Shown here piece after piece: positions 1-9,106 of a DNA stretch of 64,000 nucleotides (positions are counted from its first letter, which is position 1; the number at the start of each line of letters is the position of its first letter). Source of the DNA: Frankiales bacterium (lineage in GTDB: Bacteria; Actinomycetota; Actinomycetes; Mycobacteriales; SCTD01). Under the pieces are notes generated by a model. That model saw only the letters and a list, made by a program, of their open reading frames with translations, did not search any database and had not been told where the DNA came from. Both the position numbers and the translations under genes were made by a program. The DNA is taken from assembly GCA_025965475.1 (NCBI GenBank), contig JAOPWV010000165.1, positions 6,307 to 70,306 on the forward strand, in the 5' to 3' direction.

Positions 1-1
1 C

Positions 2-157
2 GGCACCTCGGCGGACGGGCGGTCCATCGCGGCGGCTGCCGAGCACGCGGCGGAGGGCACCAACGCGCCCTCCGACCTGGCCGGCGCGAGCGACTATCGG
101 GAGCACCTCGCCCGGATTCTCACCCGTCGCGCCGTCTCCGCGGCCGCAGGGGTCTGA
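2..157 (+). CDS. C-terminal fragment of a molybdopterin-dehydrogenase FAD-binding (CoxM/CutM-like medium) subunit; 5' end lies outside the window
   Basis: Frame 2 reads ...APSDLAGASDYREHLARILTRRAVSAAAGV* with TGA at 155-157. The SDYR..L...L..RA tail is typical of CoxM/XdhB-type FAD subunits, and cox-type accessory genes follow. Confidence 0.55.
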   Translation, partial: GTSADGRSIAAAAEHAAEGTNAPSDLAGASDYREHLARILTRRAVSAAAGV

Positions 158-160
158 CGC

Positions 161-1075
161 GTGGATCGGCGGGGGCTGCTGCCCGAAGGGGTGGCGAGCC
201 CCGCCGATCTCGCGCGCCTTCTGGCGGAGGCCGACTACCTGGCCGACGTCGACGTCGCAACCGCGACGTACCTGGCTCTCGCCCTTCCCCGGCCGCTGTT
301 CCTCGAGGGGGAGGCCGGGGTCGGCAAGACCTCGCTGGCCCGCGCGCTCTCCCAGGTGCTGGACGCTCCGCTGCTGAGGCTGCAGTGCTACGAGGGCATC
401 GACTCCTCGCAGGCCCTCTACGACTGGGACTTCCCGCGCCAGCTGCTGCACCTGCGGGCCGCCGAGTCGGCGTCCCGCAACGGCGTGGACGCCGCGCAGC
501 TGGAGGAGGAGGTCTACAGCCGCCGGTTCCTGCTCGCCCGGCCGCTGCTCGCGGCTCTGGAGACCAGCCCGAGCGTGCTGCTCATCGACGAGGTCGACCG
601 CGCCGACGACGAGTTCGAGGCCTTCCTGCTCGAGGTGCTGTCGGACTACACGGTCACGGTGCCCGAGCTCGGCACCGTGCGTGCCGAGGTGCCGCCGATC
701 GTCGTCGTCACCAGCAACCGGACCCGGGAGGTCCACGACGCCCTGAAGCGGCGTTGCCTCTACCACTGGGTGGAGCACCCGACGTTCGAGCGCGAGGTGG
801 CCATCGTGCGGCGCCGGGTGCCGGAGGCCTCGGCCCAGCTGGTCGAGCAGGTCGCGGCCGCAGCCCAGGCGCTGCGCGGGGAGGACCTGCTCAAGCCGCC
901 CGGTGTCTCCGAGTCGATCGACTGGACGATGGCCCTCGTGGCGCTCGGTGCGGAGCGGCTCGACGCGGACACCGCCACCGCCACCCTGGGTGCCGTCCTG
1001 AAGTACCGGGAGGACGTCCTGCAGGCCAAGCGTCTCGACGTCTCGGAACTGATCGGGCGGTCCATAGGTGGCTGA
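161..1075 (+). CDS. MoxR-family AAA+ ATPase (CoxD-like)
   Basis: Walker A GEAGVGKT and Walker B LLIDEVDRA are present. The 304-aa length is typical of MoxR/CoxD. It is followed by a VWA gene that overlaps it by 8 nt. Confidence 0.85.
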   Translation: MDRRGLLPEGVASPADLARLLAEADYLADVDVATATYLALALPRPLFLEGEAGVGKTSLARALSQVLDAPLLRLQCYEGIDSSQALYDWDFPRQLLHLRAAESASRNGVDAAQLEEEVYSRRFLLARPLLAALETSPSVLLIDEVDRADDEFEAFLLEVLSDYTVTVPELGTVRAEVPPIVVVTSNRTREVHDALKRRCLYHWVEHPTFEREVAIVRRRVPEASAQLVEQVAAAAQALRGEDLLKPPGVSESIDWTMALVALGAERLDADTATATLGAVLKYREDVLQAKRLDVSELIGRSIGG

Positions 1076-2198
1076 CCCGACGTCCGGGCAGCCCTACGAC
1101 GGCACCGACAGTCTGGTCGGCCTGGCGCGGACGCTCCGCGCCGCGGGGGTGGCCGCCACCCCGGATCGGGTGCACGCCGCCGTGGAGGCGCTGTCCCTGC
1201 TCGATCCGGCCAAGCGCTCCGACGTGTACTGGGCCGGTCGGCTGACGCTCTGCGGCTCGGTCGACGAGGAACGCCGGTACGACGCCGTCTTCGACGCCTA
1301 CTTCGGCGACCGGCCGAACTCCCTCGTCCGCCGGCAGCGCGTCGTCATCCAGAAGATGCAGCTGATGGCGGACGACAGCGGTTCCGGCTCCGGCGAGGAA
1401 GAGGAGCTGCCGGCCACCGCGGCCTCGGCCGCCGCGAGCACCGAGGAGCACCTGCGGCAGCGCGACGTCGCCCGGATGACCGCGGAGGAGCGGGCCGAGC
1501 TGCACCGTCTGCTCGCCCTGATGCAGCTGCCCGGCGAGGTCCGCCGCACCCGCAGGCACCGGTCGGCCCACCGCGACACGGTGGACCCCCGACGCACCCT
1601 GCGGAACTGGATGCAGGCCGGTGGCGAGCCAGCGGCGCTGCGGCACCGGACCCAGGCGCGCCGGCCGCGGCGGGTCGTCGTGCTCGTCGACGTCAGCGGC
1701 TCGATGGCGGGGTACGCGGGGGCGCTGCTGCGGTTCGCGCACGCCGCCGCCCGGCGCAACTCCACGCCGACCGAGGTGTTCGCTCTCGGCACCCGGCTGA
1801 CCCGGCTCACCCGGGAGATGGCGCACCGCGATCCCGACATGGCGATGGCCGCGGTCGCGGAGGCGATGCCCGACGCCGGCGGCGGAACCCGGCTCGGCGT
1901 TCTGCTCAAGGAGTTCCTGGACCGGTGGGGCCAGCGCGGGACCGCCCGCGGGGCGGTTGTCGTCATACTTTCGGACGGCTGGGAACGCGGGGACGCGACG
2001 CTGCTCGGCGAGCAGGTGGCCCGTCTGCAGCGCTTGTCCTACCGGCTCGTGTGGGCCAACCCGCGCAAGGCGGCGCCCGGCTTCGCACCGCTCGCGGCCG
2101 GGATGGCGGCCGCACTGCCGCACATCGACGACTTCGTCGAGGGGCACAGCCTGGCGGCCCTCGAGCGCCTGGCGGCCGTCGTGAGGGGACAGCAGTGA
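1068..2198 (+). CDS. VWA-domain protein (CoxE-like)
   Basis: MIDAS motif VLVDVSGSM (DxSxS) is present. GTG start at 1068 overlaps the MoxR stop. This is the classic MoxR-VWA pair seen in cox clusters. Confidence 0.8.
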   Translation: MADPTSGQPYDGTDSLVGLARTLRAAGVAATPDRVHAAVEALSLLDPAKRSDVYWAGRLTLCGSVDEERRYDAVFDAYFGDRPNSLVRRQRVVIQKMQLMADDSGSGSGEEEELPATAASAAASTEEHLRQRDVARMTAEERAELHRLLALMQLPGEVRRTRRHRSAHRDTVDPRRTLRNWMQAGGEPAALRHRTQARRPRRVVVLVDVSGSMAGYAGALLRFAHAAARRNSTPTEVFALGTRLTRLTREMAHRDPDMAMAAVAEAMPDAGGGTRLGVLLKEFLDRWGQRGTARGAVVVILSDGWERGDATLLGEQVARLQRLSYRLVWANPRKAAPGFAPLAAGMAAALPHIDDFVEGHSLAALERLAAVVRGQQ

Positions 2199-2791
2199 CC
2201 ACGGCGGGCCTGCTCCTCGCGGCCGGGTCCGGCAGCCGCTTCGGCCGCCCCAAGGCGCTGGTGAGCTTCCGTGGCGAACTGCTCGTCCAGCGCGGCGTAC
2301 GCCTGCTGCGCGCCGGCGGCTGCGACCCCGTCGTGGTCGTCCTCGGCGCGCAGGCCGAGGAGGTCATGGCGACCGCGGGTCTGCCCGACTCGGTGCTCGC
2401 GCTGGACTGGGAGACCGGCATGGGGGCCTCGCTGCGCGCCGGGCTGGCCTCCCTGGAGGGCCGCGCCGCTGCGGACGCCGCTGTCAGTGTCGTCATCGCG
2501 CTCGCCGACCAGCCCCTCGTCGGCGCGGAGTCCGTCGTACGGCTCCGCGAGGCCCACGCGGCCGGCGCGGTGGCCGCCGTCGCGACGTACGACGGCAAGC
2601 CGCGCAACCCCGTCCTGCTCGACCGCAGCACCTGGGCCGCCGTCGCCGCGGCGGCCGTCGGCGACGCTGGTGCGCGGCCCTGGCTGCGGGCACATCCTGA
2701 CCTGATCACGCTGGTGCCTTGTGACGGCACCGGTTCACCCTTCGACGTCGACACCCCCGACGACCTCGCCACTGTGGAGGCCTTGCCATGA
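2195..2791 (+). CDS. MobA/MocA-like NTP transferase (molybdenum cofactor cytidylyl/guanylyl-transferase family)
   Basis: N-terminus LLLAAGSGSRFGRPKAL is the signature of the family. GTG at 2195 overlaps the upstream TGA (GTGA). The longer ORF from 1925 is an out-of-gene extension. Confidence 0.7.
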   Translation: MTTAGLLLAAGSGSRFGRPKALVSFRGELLVQRGVRLLRAGGCDPVVVVLGAQAEEVMATAGLPDSVLALDWETGMGASLRAGLASLEGRAAADAAVSVVIALADQPLVGAESVVRLREAHAAGAVAAVATYDGKPRNPVLLDRSTWAAVAAAAVGDAGARPWLRAHPDLITLVPCDGTGSPFDVDTPDDLATVEALP

Positions 2792-3426
2792 AGCTCGAAA
2801 ACCGGTTCACCGTTCCCGTCCCGCGGGCGGAGGCGTGGAAGGTGCTCCTCGATGTCGAGCGCATCGCGCCGTGCATGCCCGGCGCCGCCCTTACCGGGCG
2901 CGACGGTGACAACTTCACCGGCACGGTGAAGGTCAAGGTCGGCCCGATCAACCTGACCTACGGCGGCAAGGGGAAGTTCGTCAGCCTGGACGAGGAGAAC
3001 GGCGTCGCGGTCATCGAGGCCAGCGGCAAGGAGACCCGCGGTACGGGTACGGCCAAGGCGACCATCACCGCCCGGCTGCACGACCGGGGCGACACCACCG
3101 AGGTCGAGGTCGACACCGACCTCAACGTGACCGGCAAGCCGGCCCAGTTCGGCCGCGGTGTCCTCGCCGACGTCAGCGGCAAGCTGGTCGACCAGTTCGC
3201 CGACTGCCTCTCCAAGGAGATCCAGGCAGGCACGCCCGACCGGGCTGCCGCGTCCGCCGCCGGCGCGGGGTCGACGACCGCTCAGCCCGCGGCACCGCGG
3301 GTGGTCCCCGAGGCGCAGCCGATCGACCTGCTCGGGACCGCTGGTACGCCGGTGCTCAAGCGGCTCGCACCCGTCCTGGCCGGGCTCGCCGTCCTCGTGC
3401 TGCTGATCAGGCGCCTTCGGCGCTGA
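2788..3426 (+). CDS. CoxG-like SRPBCC-domain protein with C-terminal hydrophobic anchor
   Basis: MKLENRFTVPVPRAEAWKVLLDVERIAPCMPGA...GTVKVKVGPI matches the CoxG family. ATGA overlap with the upstream gene. The C-terminal LAPVLAGLAVLVLLIRRLRR looks like a TM tail. Confidence 0.75.
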   Translation: MKLENRFTVPVPRAEAWKVLLDVERIAPCMPGAALTGRDGDNFTGTVKVKVGPINLTYGGKGKFVSLDEENGVAVIEASGKETRGTGTAKATITARLHDRGDTTEVEVDTDLNVTGKPAQFGRGVLADVSGKLVDQFADCLSKEIQAGTPDRAAASAAGAGSTTAQPAAPRVVPEAQPIDLLGTAGTPVLKRLAPVLAGLAVLVLLIRRLRR

Positions 3427-3886
3427 CCGCGGCCCGCGTGCTCTCGAACGCGAGGTCGGGCAGCTCGTCCGTGGCGAAGAAGCCGACCTCCATGGCGTCG
3501 TCCGCCGCGCGCAGCTGCCCGCCCTCGGATTCGGCGGCAAAGGCCAGGAAGAACGAGGCGCCGCCGCCCGTGCTGTTGTAGACGCCGAGGATCCGGCCCA
3601 CCCGCACGATCAGGCCGGTCTCCTCGAGGCACTCGCGGGCGGCTGCGGCACGCGGGTCCTCGTCGGCGTCGACGTAGCCGGCGGGCAGTGCCCAGCGGCC
3701 CTTGCCGGGCTCGATGCCGCGGCGGACCAGCAACAGGCGGCCGGCCGCGTCGCGCACGACCACGCCGACGCCCACCTTCGGGTCGCGGTGGTGGATCCGG
3801 CCGCAGGCCTCACAGACCTGTTCCCGGCCGCGCGGGGCGAGGCCGCCGCCGCAGGAGGGGCAGAAGCGGGGTGCGGGATGGTGCAT
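3407..3886 (-). CDS. NUDIX hydrolase with N-terminal zinc-ribbon (CxxC...CxxC)
   Basis: Nudix box GYVDADEDPRAAAARECLEETGL (Gx5Ex7REUxEExGU) is present. N-terminal CPSCGG...CEACG. Start taken at the internal ATG (MHHPAPRF); the upstream part of the 201-aa ORF would run into the divergent mutase gene region. Confidence 0.85.
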   Translation of the reverse strand: MHHPAPRFCPSCGGGLAPRGREQVCEACGRIHHRDPKVGVGVVVRDAAGRLLLVRRGIEPGKGRWALPAGYVDADEDPRAAAARECLEETGLIVRVGRILGVYNSTGGGASFFLAFAAESEGGQLRAADDAMEVGFFATDELPDLAFESTRAAVSAEGA

Positions 3887-3995
3887 CGGCCGACCGTATC
3901 GCCCGGCCCGGAGCGGCTGGGTAATCTCTGACACATAACAGGCGGCGCGCAGCGCCGCCGTCACAGCTCGACCGCCCCACGGTGAGGAGCCCCGC

Positions 3996-5681
3996 GTGAC
4001 GCCAGAGGACATCGCTGCAGGACGTGCGCGCTGGCAGGCCCGCTACGACGCGGCCGGCAAACGGGACGCCGACTTCACGACGTTGTCGGGTGACGAGGTC
4101 GCTCCGGTCTACGGGCCGAAGCCAGGCGACACGTACGCCGGATTCGAGAACATCGGCTGGCCGGGGGAGTTCCCCTTCACCCGCGGGCTGTACGCGACCG
4201 GCTTCCGCGGGCGGCCGTGGACGATCCGGCAGTTCGCCGGGTTCGGCAACGCCCAGCAGACGAACGAGCGCTACAAGATGATCCTGGCCGAGGGCGGCGG
4301 CGGACTGTCCGTCGCCTTCGACATGCCGACCCTCATGGGCCGCGACTCGGACGACCCGCGCTCGCTCGGAGAGGTGGGGCACTGCGGTGTGGCCGTCGAC
4401 AGTGCCGTCGACATGGACGTGCTGTTCTCCGACATCCCGCTCGGTGACGTCACCACCTCGATGACGATCAGCGGCCCCGCGGTTCCGGTGTTCTGCATGT
4501 ATCTCGTGGCGGCCGAACGCCAGGGCGTCGACCTCGGACAGCTCAACGGGACGCTGCAGACCGACATCTTCAAGGAGTACATCGCGCAGAAGGAGTGGCT
4601 CTTCCCGCCGGAGCCCCACCTGCGCCTCATCGGCGACCTCATGGAGTACTGCGCCGAGAACATCCCTGCGTACAAGCCGATCTCGGTCTCGGGGTACCAC
4701 ATCCGGGAGGCCGGTTCGACGGCCGCGCAGGAACTGGCGTTCACGCTGGCCGACGGTTTCGCCTACGTCGAGCTGGGCCTGTCGCGCGGTATGGACGTGG
4801 ACGCCTTCGCCCCGGGGCTGTCGTTCTTCTTCGACGCGCACATCGACTTCTTCGAGGAGATCGCGAAGTTCCGCGCCGCGCGCCGGATCTGGGCCCGCTG
4901 GCTGCGGGACGTGTACGGCGCGAAGACCGACAAGGCGCAGTGGCTGCGCTTCCACACCCAGACGGCCGGCGTCTCGCTCACCGCACAGCAGCCCGACAAC
5001 AACATCGTGCGCACCACGGTGGAGGCGCTGGCCGCCGTGCTCGGAGGCACCAACTCGCTGCACACCAACGCGCTCGACGAGGTCCTCGCGCTTCCGTCGG
5101 AGAAGGCGGCCCAGATCGCGATCCGCACCCAGCAGGTCATCGCGGAGGAGACCGGGGTGGCGAACGTCGCCGACCCGCTGGGCGGCAGCTGGTACGTCGA
5201 GCAGCTCACCGACGAGATCGAGCGGCAGGCCGAGCAGGTCTTCACCACAATCAAGGACCTGGGCGGCCTCGACAACGGGGACGGGTCCATGACCGCCGGG
5301 ATCCTGCGCGGCATCGAGGACGGCTGGTTCATGGGGGAGATCGCCGAGGCGGCCTTCCAGTACCAGACCGCCCTGGAGAAGGGCGACAAGAAGGTCGTCG
5401 GCGTGAACGCCTACGACGGCGGCGTGGACGCCCCGTTGGAGATCCTGCGGGTGTCGCACGAGGTGGAGCGGGAGCAGGTCCGGGAGTTGTCCGGCCGCAG
5501 AGCCGGGCGCGACGAGGCGGCCGTCCGGGCCGGGCTGGACCGCCTGGTCGAGGCGGCCCGCGGGTCGGAGAACACCATCGTGCCGATGCTCGACGCGATC
5601 CGGGCCGAGGCCACCCTCGGCGAGGTCTGCGGTGCGCTGCGCGACCTGTGGGGCAACTACATCGAGCCGCCGCGGTTCTGA
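3996..5681 (+). CDS. icmA: Acyl-CoA mutase large (substrate-binding) subunit, isobutyryl-CoA mutase type; no B12-binding domain in this polypeptide
   Basis: RPWTIRQFAGFGNAQQTNERYKMIL and GLSVAFDMPTLMG are mutase signatures. ATGF (Phe where MCM has Tyr) and YIAQKEW (Gln where MCM has Arg) point to the ICM type. GTG start with a GAGGAG SD 6 nt upstream. Confidence 0.85.
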   Translation: MTPEDIAAGRARWQARYDAAGKRDADFTTLSGDEVAPVYGPKPGDTYAGFENIGWPGEFPFTRGLYATGFRGRPWTIRQFAGFGNAQQTNERYKMILAEGGGGLSVAFDMPTLMGRDSDDPRSLGEVGHCGVAVDSAVDMDVLFSDIPLGDVTTSMTISGPAVPVFCMYLVAAERQGVDLGQLNGTLQTDIFKEYIAQKEWLFPPEPHLRLIGDLMEYCAENIPAYKPISVSGYHIREAGSTAAQELAFTLADGFAYVELGLSRGMDVDAFAPGLSFFFDAHIDFFEEIAKFRAARRIWARWLRDVYGAKTDKAQWLRFHTQTAGVSLTAQQPDNNIVRTTVEALAAVLGGTNSLHTNALDEVLALPSEKAAQIAIRTQQVIAEETGVANVADPLGGSWYVEQLTDEIERQAEQVFTTIKDLGGLDNGDGSMTAGILRGIEDGWFMGEIAEAAFQYQTALEKGDKKVVGVNAYDGGVDAPLEILRVSHEVEREQVRELSGRRAGRDEAAVRAGLDRLVEAARGSENTIVPMLDAIRAEATLGEVCGALRDLWGNYIEPPRF

Positions 5682-5688
5682 CCCCCGG

Positions 5689-6042
5689 CTAGCTGGCGGT
5701 CGGCGACGGGGCGCAGGCCCGGCTCAGCGCGGCGACCGACTCGGCTGGCAGCTTGTCGCCTGCGCGTGCGATCTGGTCGAGCGGCGTGGTGACCTCCGCG
5801 GGGACGCCGGCCGCCTTGGCGGACGACACCAGGCCGGCGAGCACCTGCTTGTCCTGGGCGCTGACCTGCCCGTCCTGCACCCGCCCGCAGATCTGGCGCT
5901 TCACCTCGTCGGCGGCGGCCGTCGCGGCCCGCGAACCGGCCTGTGACGCGGCGTCGGCAGCGATGTCCTGCGCCTGACTGCACCCGCCGGCGGCGAGGGC
6001 GATCAGTGGAGCTGCGACGAGGGTGGCGAGCCGAAGGGTCAT
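5689..6042 (-). CDS. Small putative lipoprotein
   Basis: MTLRLATLVAAPLIALAAGGCSQ is a signal peptide plus lipobox (LAAGGC). The internal ATG at 6042 was chosen; the Arg/Pro-rich upstream part of the 210-aa ORF does not look coding. Confidence 0.6.
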   Translation of the reverse strand: MTLRLATLVAAPLIALAAGGCSQAQDIAADAASQAGSRAATAAADEVKRQICGRVQDGQVSAQDKQVLAGLVSSAKAAGVPAEVTTPLDQIARAGDKLPAESVAALSRACAPSPTAS

Positions 6043-6070
6043 GCGCGATGCTCCCACGGAGGCCTGTCCC

Positions 6071-6775
6071 TCAGCGGGTGCGGGCGCCGAACCAGCCGGC
6101 GGCCAGTCGGGCGAGTTCCTCCGGTGCAGGTGCGGGCGCGAGCCGGCTGCGGAAGTCGCCGGTACCGACGAGCCAGCGGGCGAACACCTCGGCGAAGTCC
6201 CCGGCCCCGCTGGCGAAGTCGCTGAGGTACGGGGACGGCCACCACGCCTGCTCGGGTGCCCCCCGCCGGGCCAGCCAGCGCGCCCGGTCCTGATCGGTGT
6301 TGCGGGACAGGTCCACGGCATGGCCGAGTTCGTGCGCGAGGATCCGCCGGATCGACGTGGCCGATTCGCCGTCCCGTACGTAGATCTGGATCTGGCGTGC
6401 GTCCACCAGCGTCTGCCCCCGCAGGCCCGATCGGGCGGGCAGGAACGCCACCGTGAACCCGGTGGCCGCGACGTCGTAGGGCAGTCCGGCCAGGGCCTCG
6501 TGTCCCACGCGATCTCTGGACCAGGGCAGACGCGCCGCCGGCGCGGGCGCCGTCCGGCTCCGGTCGGCCCGGTTCACGGCCCGCCGCGGGGGCGGCGGTC
6601 CGGAGCTGGCCGGGGCCGGACCGCTCGTCATGGGGGCGGGGGCCTCCGGGGGAGCGGTGCTCCCGCCGCGGCCGACGAGAAAAGGCGCTCCGGCGGCGAC
6701 GGTGGCCACACCGAGCGCGGTCATGGTGGCCGGGAGGAGCCGTCGTCGTACGCCGGACCGAACGAGCATGGGCAA
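6071..6775 (-). CDS. Secreted/membrane-anchored hypothetical protein with HExxH zinc-metallopeptidase motif
   Basis: N-terminal hydrophobic segment, Pro-rich linker, ILAHELGHAVD motif. GGAGG SD 7 nt upstream of the ATG. Confidence 0.6.
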   Translation of the reverse strand: MPMLVRSGVRRRLLPATMTALGVATVAAGAPFLVGRGGSTAPPEAPAPMTSGPAPASSGPPPPRRAVNRADRSRTAPAPAARLPWSRDRVGHEALAGLPYDVAATGFTVAFLPARSGLRGQTLVDARQIQIYVRDGESATSIRRILAHELGHAVDLSRNTDQDRARWLARRGAPEQAWWPSPYLSDFASGAGDFAEVFARWLVGTGDFRSRLAPAPAPEELARLAAGWFGARTR

Positions 6776-6912
6776 ACCTCCGAGGGGGCGGTGCCTACAC
6801 CCTCCCCGCCCGACCTGTGGAAAAAACGGCTAATCGGACATTCGGCCCTTCGCGTGTCCTGCCGAGGGCAACGGGTGGAAGCGGTAGCCGGTGCGTGCTG
6901 TTGACTCATGAC

Positions 6913-7830
6913 ATGCAGAGAAGGCCGACCGACCTGAACATCGCCGGCGCGATCGACTTGTCGTCGCTGCGGGCCCCCACCACCCCGGCCGGTGTGCCGG
7001 CGAGCTCCGGCTCCACGTCGCCGTACGTCATCGACGTCAGTGAGGCGACGTTCGAGACCGAGGTGCTCCAGCGGTCCATGACCGTGCCGGTGCTCATCGA
7101 CTTCTGGGCCGACTGGTGCGGGCCGTGCAAGCAGCTGTCGCCGGTCCTCGAGCGGCTCGCCGAGGCCGACGGCGGCTCCTGGGTGCTGGCCAAGATCGAC
7201 GTCGACAGCAACCAGGCACTGGCCGGTCAGCTCGGCATCCAGAGCATCCCGACGGTGCTGCTCGCGCTCGGTGGCCGCCTCGTGCAGGGATTCACCGGTG
7301 CCCTGCCGGAGCGCGACGTCCGCAGCTTCCTCGACCAGGTCCTGGCCGCAGCCGAGCAGGCCGGACTGCCCGGCGCGACCGGCGAGGACGGGGCTGCCGA
7401 GCCTGCCGAGGTCCCGCCGGAGCCCGAGCTGGTGGAGGCCGAGGATGCGGTCGCACGCGAGGACTGGCCGGCCGCCATCGCGGCGTACGACGCGCTGCTC
7501 GCGCGCCGGCCCGCCGATCCGGAGGCTCTCACCGGCCGGTCGTTCGCCCAGCTGCTGCAGCGCACCGAGGGCGTCGACCCGAGCGAGGCGCTCCAGAAGG
7601 CCGCTGACGCTCCCGACGACGTCGACGCCCAGCTGCGCGCGGCCGATCTGGAGGTGCTCGGGGAGCAGATCCAGCCGGCCATCGACCGGCTCGTGGACCT
7701 CGTCCGGCGTACCTCGGGCGACGACCGTGACCGGGCCCGCGTGCACCTGCTCGACCTGCTCTCGGTCCTCGACCCGGAGGACCCGCGGGTCCAGGCCGGG
7801 CGGCGGTCGCTGGCGAACGCGCTGTTCTAG
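6913..7830 (+). CDS. Thioredoxin-domain protein with C-terminal TPR-like domain (YbbN/CnoX-like)
   Basis: VLIDFWADWCGPCKQL (WCGPC active site) followed by a helical repeat region. Start taken at ATG 6913 (MQRRPTDL). Confidence 0.85.
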   Translation: MQRRPTDLNIAGAIDLSSLRAPTTPAGVPASSGSTSPYVIDVSEATFETEVLQRSMTVPVLIDFWADWCGPCKQLSPVLERLAEADGGSWVLAKIDVDSNQALAGQLGIQSIPTVLLALGGRLVQGFTGALPERDVRSFLDQVLAAAEQAGLPGATGEDGAAEPAEVPPEPELVEAEDAVAREDWPAAIAAYDALLARRPADPEALTGRSFAQLLQRTEGVDPSEALQKAADAPDDVDAQLRAADLEVLGEQIQPAIDRLVDLVRRTSGDDRDRARVHLLDLLSVLDPEDPRVQAGRRSLANALF

Positions 7831-9069
7831 CTAGTCGACCAGGGCGGTGTAGACGAGCTGCCGCAGCTCGGTCCGGATGGCGTAGGTGCTCGACGGCAGC
7901 AGCTGGGTGAAGAACGCCGCCGTGATCTGCTCGGCCGGATCGACCCAGAACGCGGTGCTCGCCGCCCCACCCCAGGCGAACTCGCCCTGCGACGCGGGCA
8001 CCTTGTAGGCCACCGGGTCGACGAGCACCGAGAAACCGAGGCCGAAGCCCACACCGTCGTACGCCGTCTCGGAGAACTGACCGCGCCCCATCGAGGCCAG
8101 CAGGCCGCCGCGGGGCAGGTGGTTGCGGGTCATGAACCGCAGCGTGCGCGGGCTGAGCAGCCGGGTCCCGTCCAGGCTTCCGCCGCTGACCAGCATGCGC
8201 GTGAACCGGTCGTAGTCGTGGGCCGTGGAGACGAGCCCGGCGCCACCGTTGAGCAGCTCCGGGGAGCGGAGGGCGCCGTTGCCGATCGTGTCGTACCGCA
8301 GCGCCTCGCTGGTGCCCGGGGCGGGGACGTAGAGCGCAGCAAGGCGCGCGGCGTCCGGCTCGTCCACCCACCACCGGGTGTCGGTCATCCCGAGTGGTCC
8401 GAGGATGCGCTCGGCGAACACCTCGTCCAGCCGCTTGCCGGCGAGCACCTCGACGACTCGCCCGAGCACGTCCGTGGCGACCGAGTAGTTCCAGCTCGTG
8501 CCCGGTTCGAACAGCAGCGGCATCGAGGCCCACACGTCGCACTGCGCGGCGAGGTCCACGCCGGCCGGCTGGTTGAAGTCGGAGCCGGCATGGCGGTACA
8601 TCTCGTCGACCACGCTGGACCGGGTGAACCCGTAGGTGAGCCCGGCGGTGTGCGTGAGCAGATGCCACATCCGGATCGGCTCGGTCGCCGGAGCCGTCTT
8701 CGGTGCCTCGGCGGTACCGCCGCGGAGGATCCGCATGTCCGCGAACGCGGGTAGGTAACGGCTGACCTCGTCGTTGAGGGCGAAGGCGCCTTCCTCGAAC
8801 AGTTGCATCGCGGCGACACTGGTGACCGGCTTGGTCATCGAGTAGATGCGCCACAGGGTGTCGTGCTCGACGGGCCGGCCGGCCTCCTTGTCCCGCAGGC
8901 CGTACGTCGAACTGTGCACGCGCTTGCCGCGTCGGCTGACGACGACCTGCCAGCCGGCGAGTCGGCCGTCGTCGACGTACCTGGCCAGGTGGCGGTCGAT
9001 GCGGGCCAGCCGCTCGGCATCGAAACCGACCTCGTCCGCGTCCACCTCGACCGCGACGTCCTCGCCCAT
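7831..9069 (-). CDS. Serine hydrolase, beta-lactamase/esterase (class C/EstB-like) family
   Basis: SxxK motif SMTKPVTSVAAMQL and a later YSV motif, 412 aa. SD GGAG 6 nt upstream of the ATG. Confidence 0.85.
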   Translation of the reverse strand: MGEDVAVEVDADEVGFDAERLARIDRHLARYVDDGRLAGWQVVVSRRGKRVHSSTYGLRDKEAGRPVEHDTLWRIYSMTKPVTSVAAMQLFEEGAFALNDEVSRYLPAFADMRILRGGTAEAPKTAPATEPIRMWHLLTHTAGLTYGFTRSSVVDEMYRHAGSDFNQPAGVDLAAQCDVWASMPLLFEPGTSWNYSVATDVLGRVVEVLAGKRLDEVFAERILGPLGMTDTRWWVDEPDAARLAALYVPAPGTSEALRYDTIGNGALRSPELLNGGAGLVSTAHDYDRFTRMLVSGGSLDGTRLLSPRTLRFMTRNHLPRGGLLASMGRGQFSETAYDGVGFGLGFSVLVDPVAYKVPASQGEFAWGGAASTAFWVDPAEQITAAFFTQLLPSSTYAIRTELRQLVYTALVD

Positions 9070-9106
9070 GCGCTGCTCCGCTCCTCGGCCGCTGTATGCG
9101 GGGAGG

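Noticed and set aside
161-2198. MoxR ATPase + VWA pair as a possible conflict/defence-type system
   Set aside because: It sits immediately after a CoxM-like FAD subunit and before MocA- and CoxG-like genes, all translationally coupled. This is the standard molybdenum-hydroxylase maturation context (CoxD/CoxE), so a defence interpretation is not warranted.
6811-6825. Shared 8-mer ctgtggaa between the AT-rich patch upstream of the thioredoxin gene and the arm of the ilvD palindrome
   Set aside because: It is only an 8-nt match with no extended similarity on either side, which is compatible with chance. There is no evidence for a repeated element.
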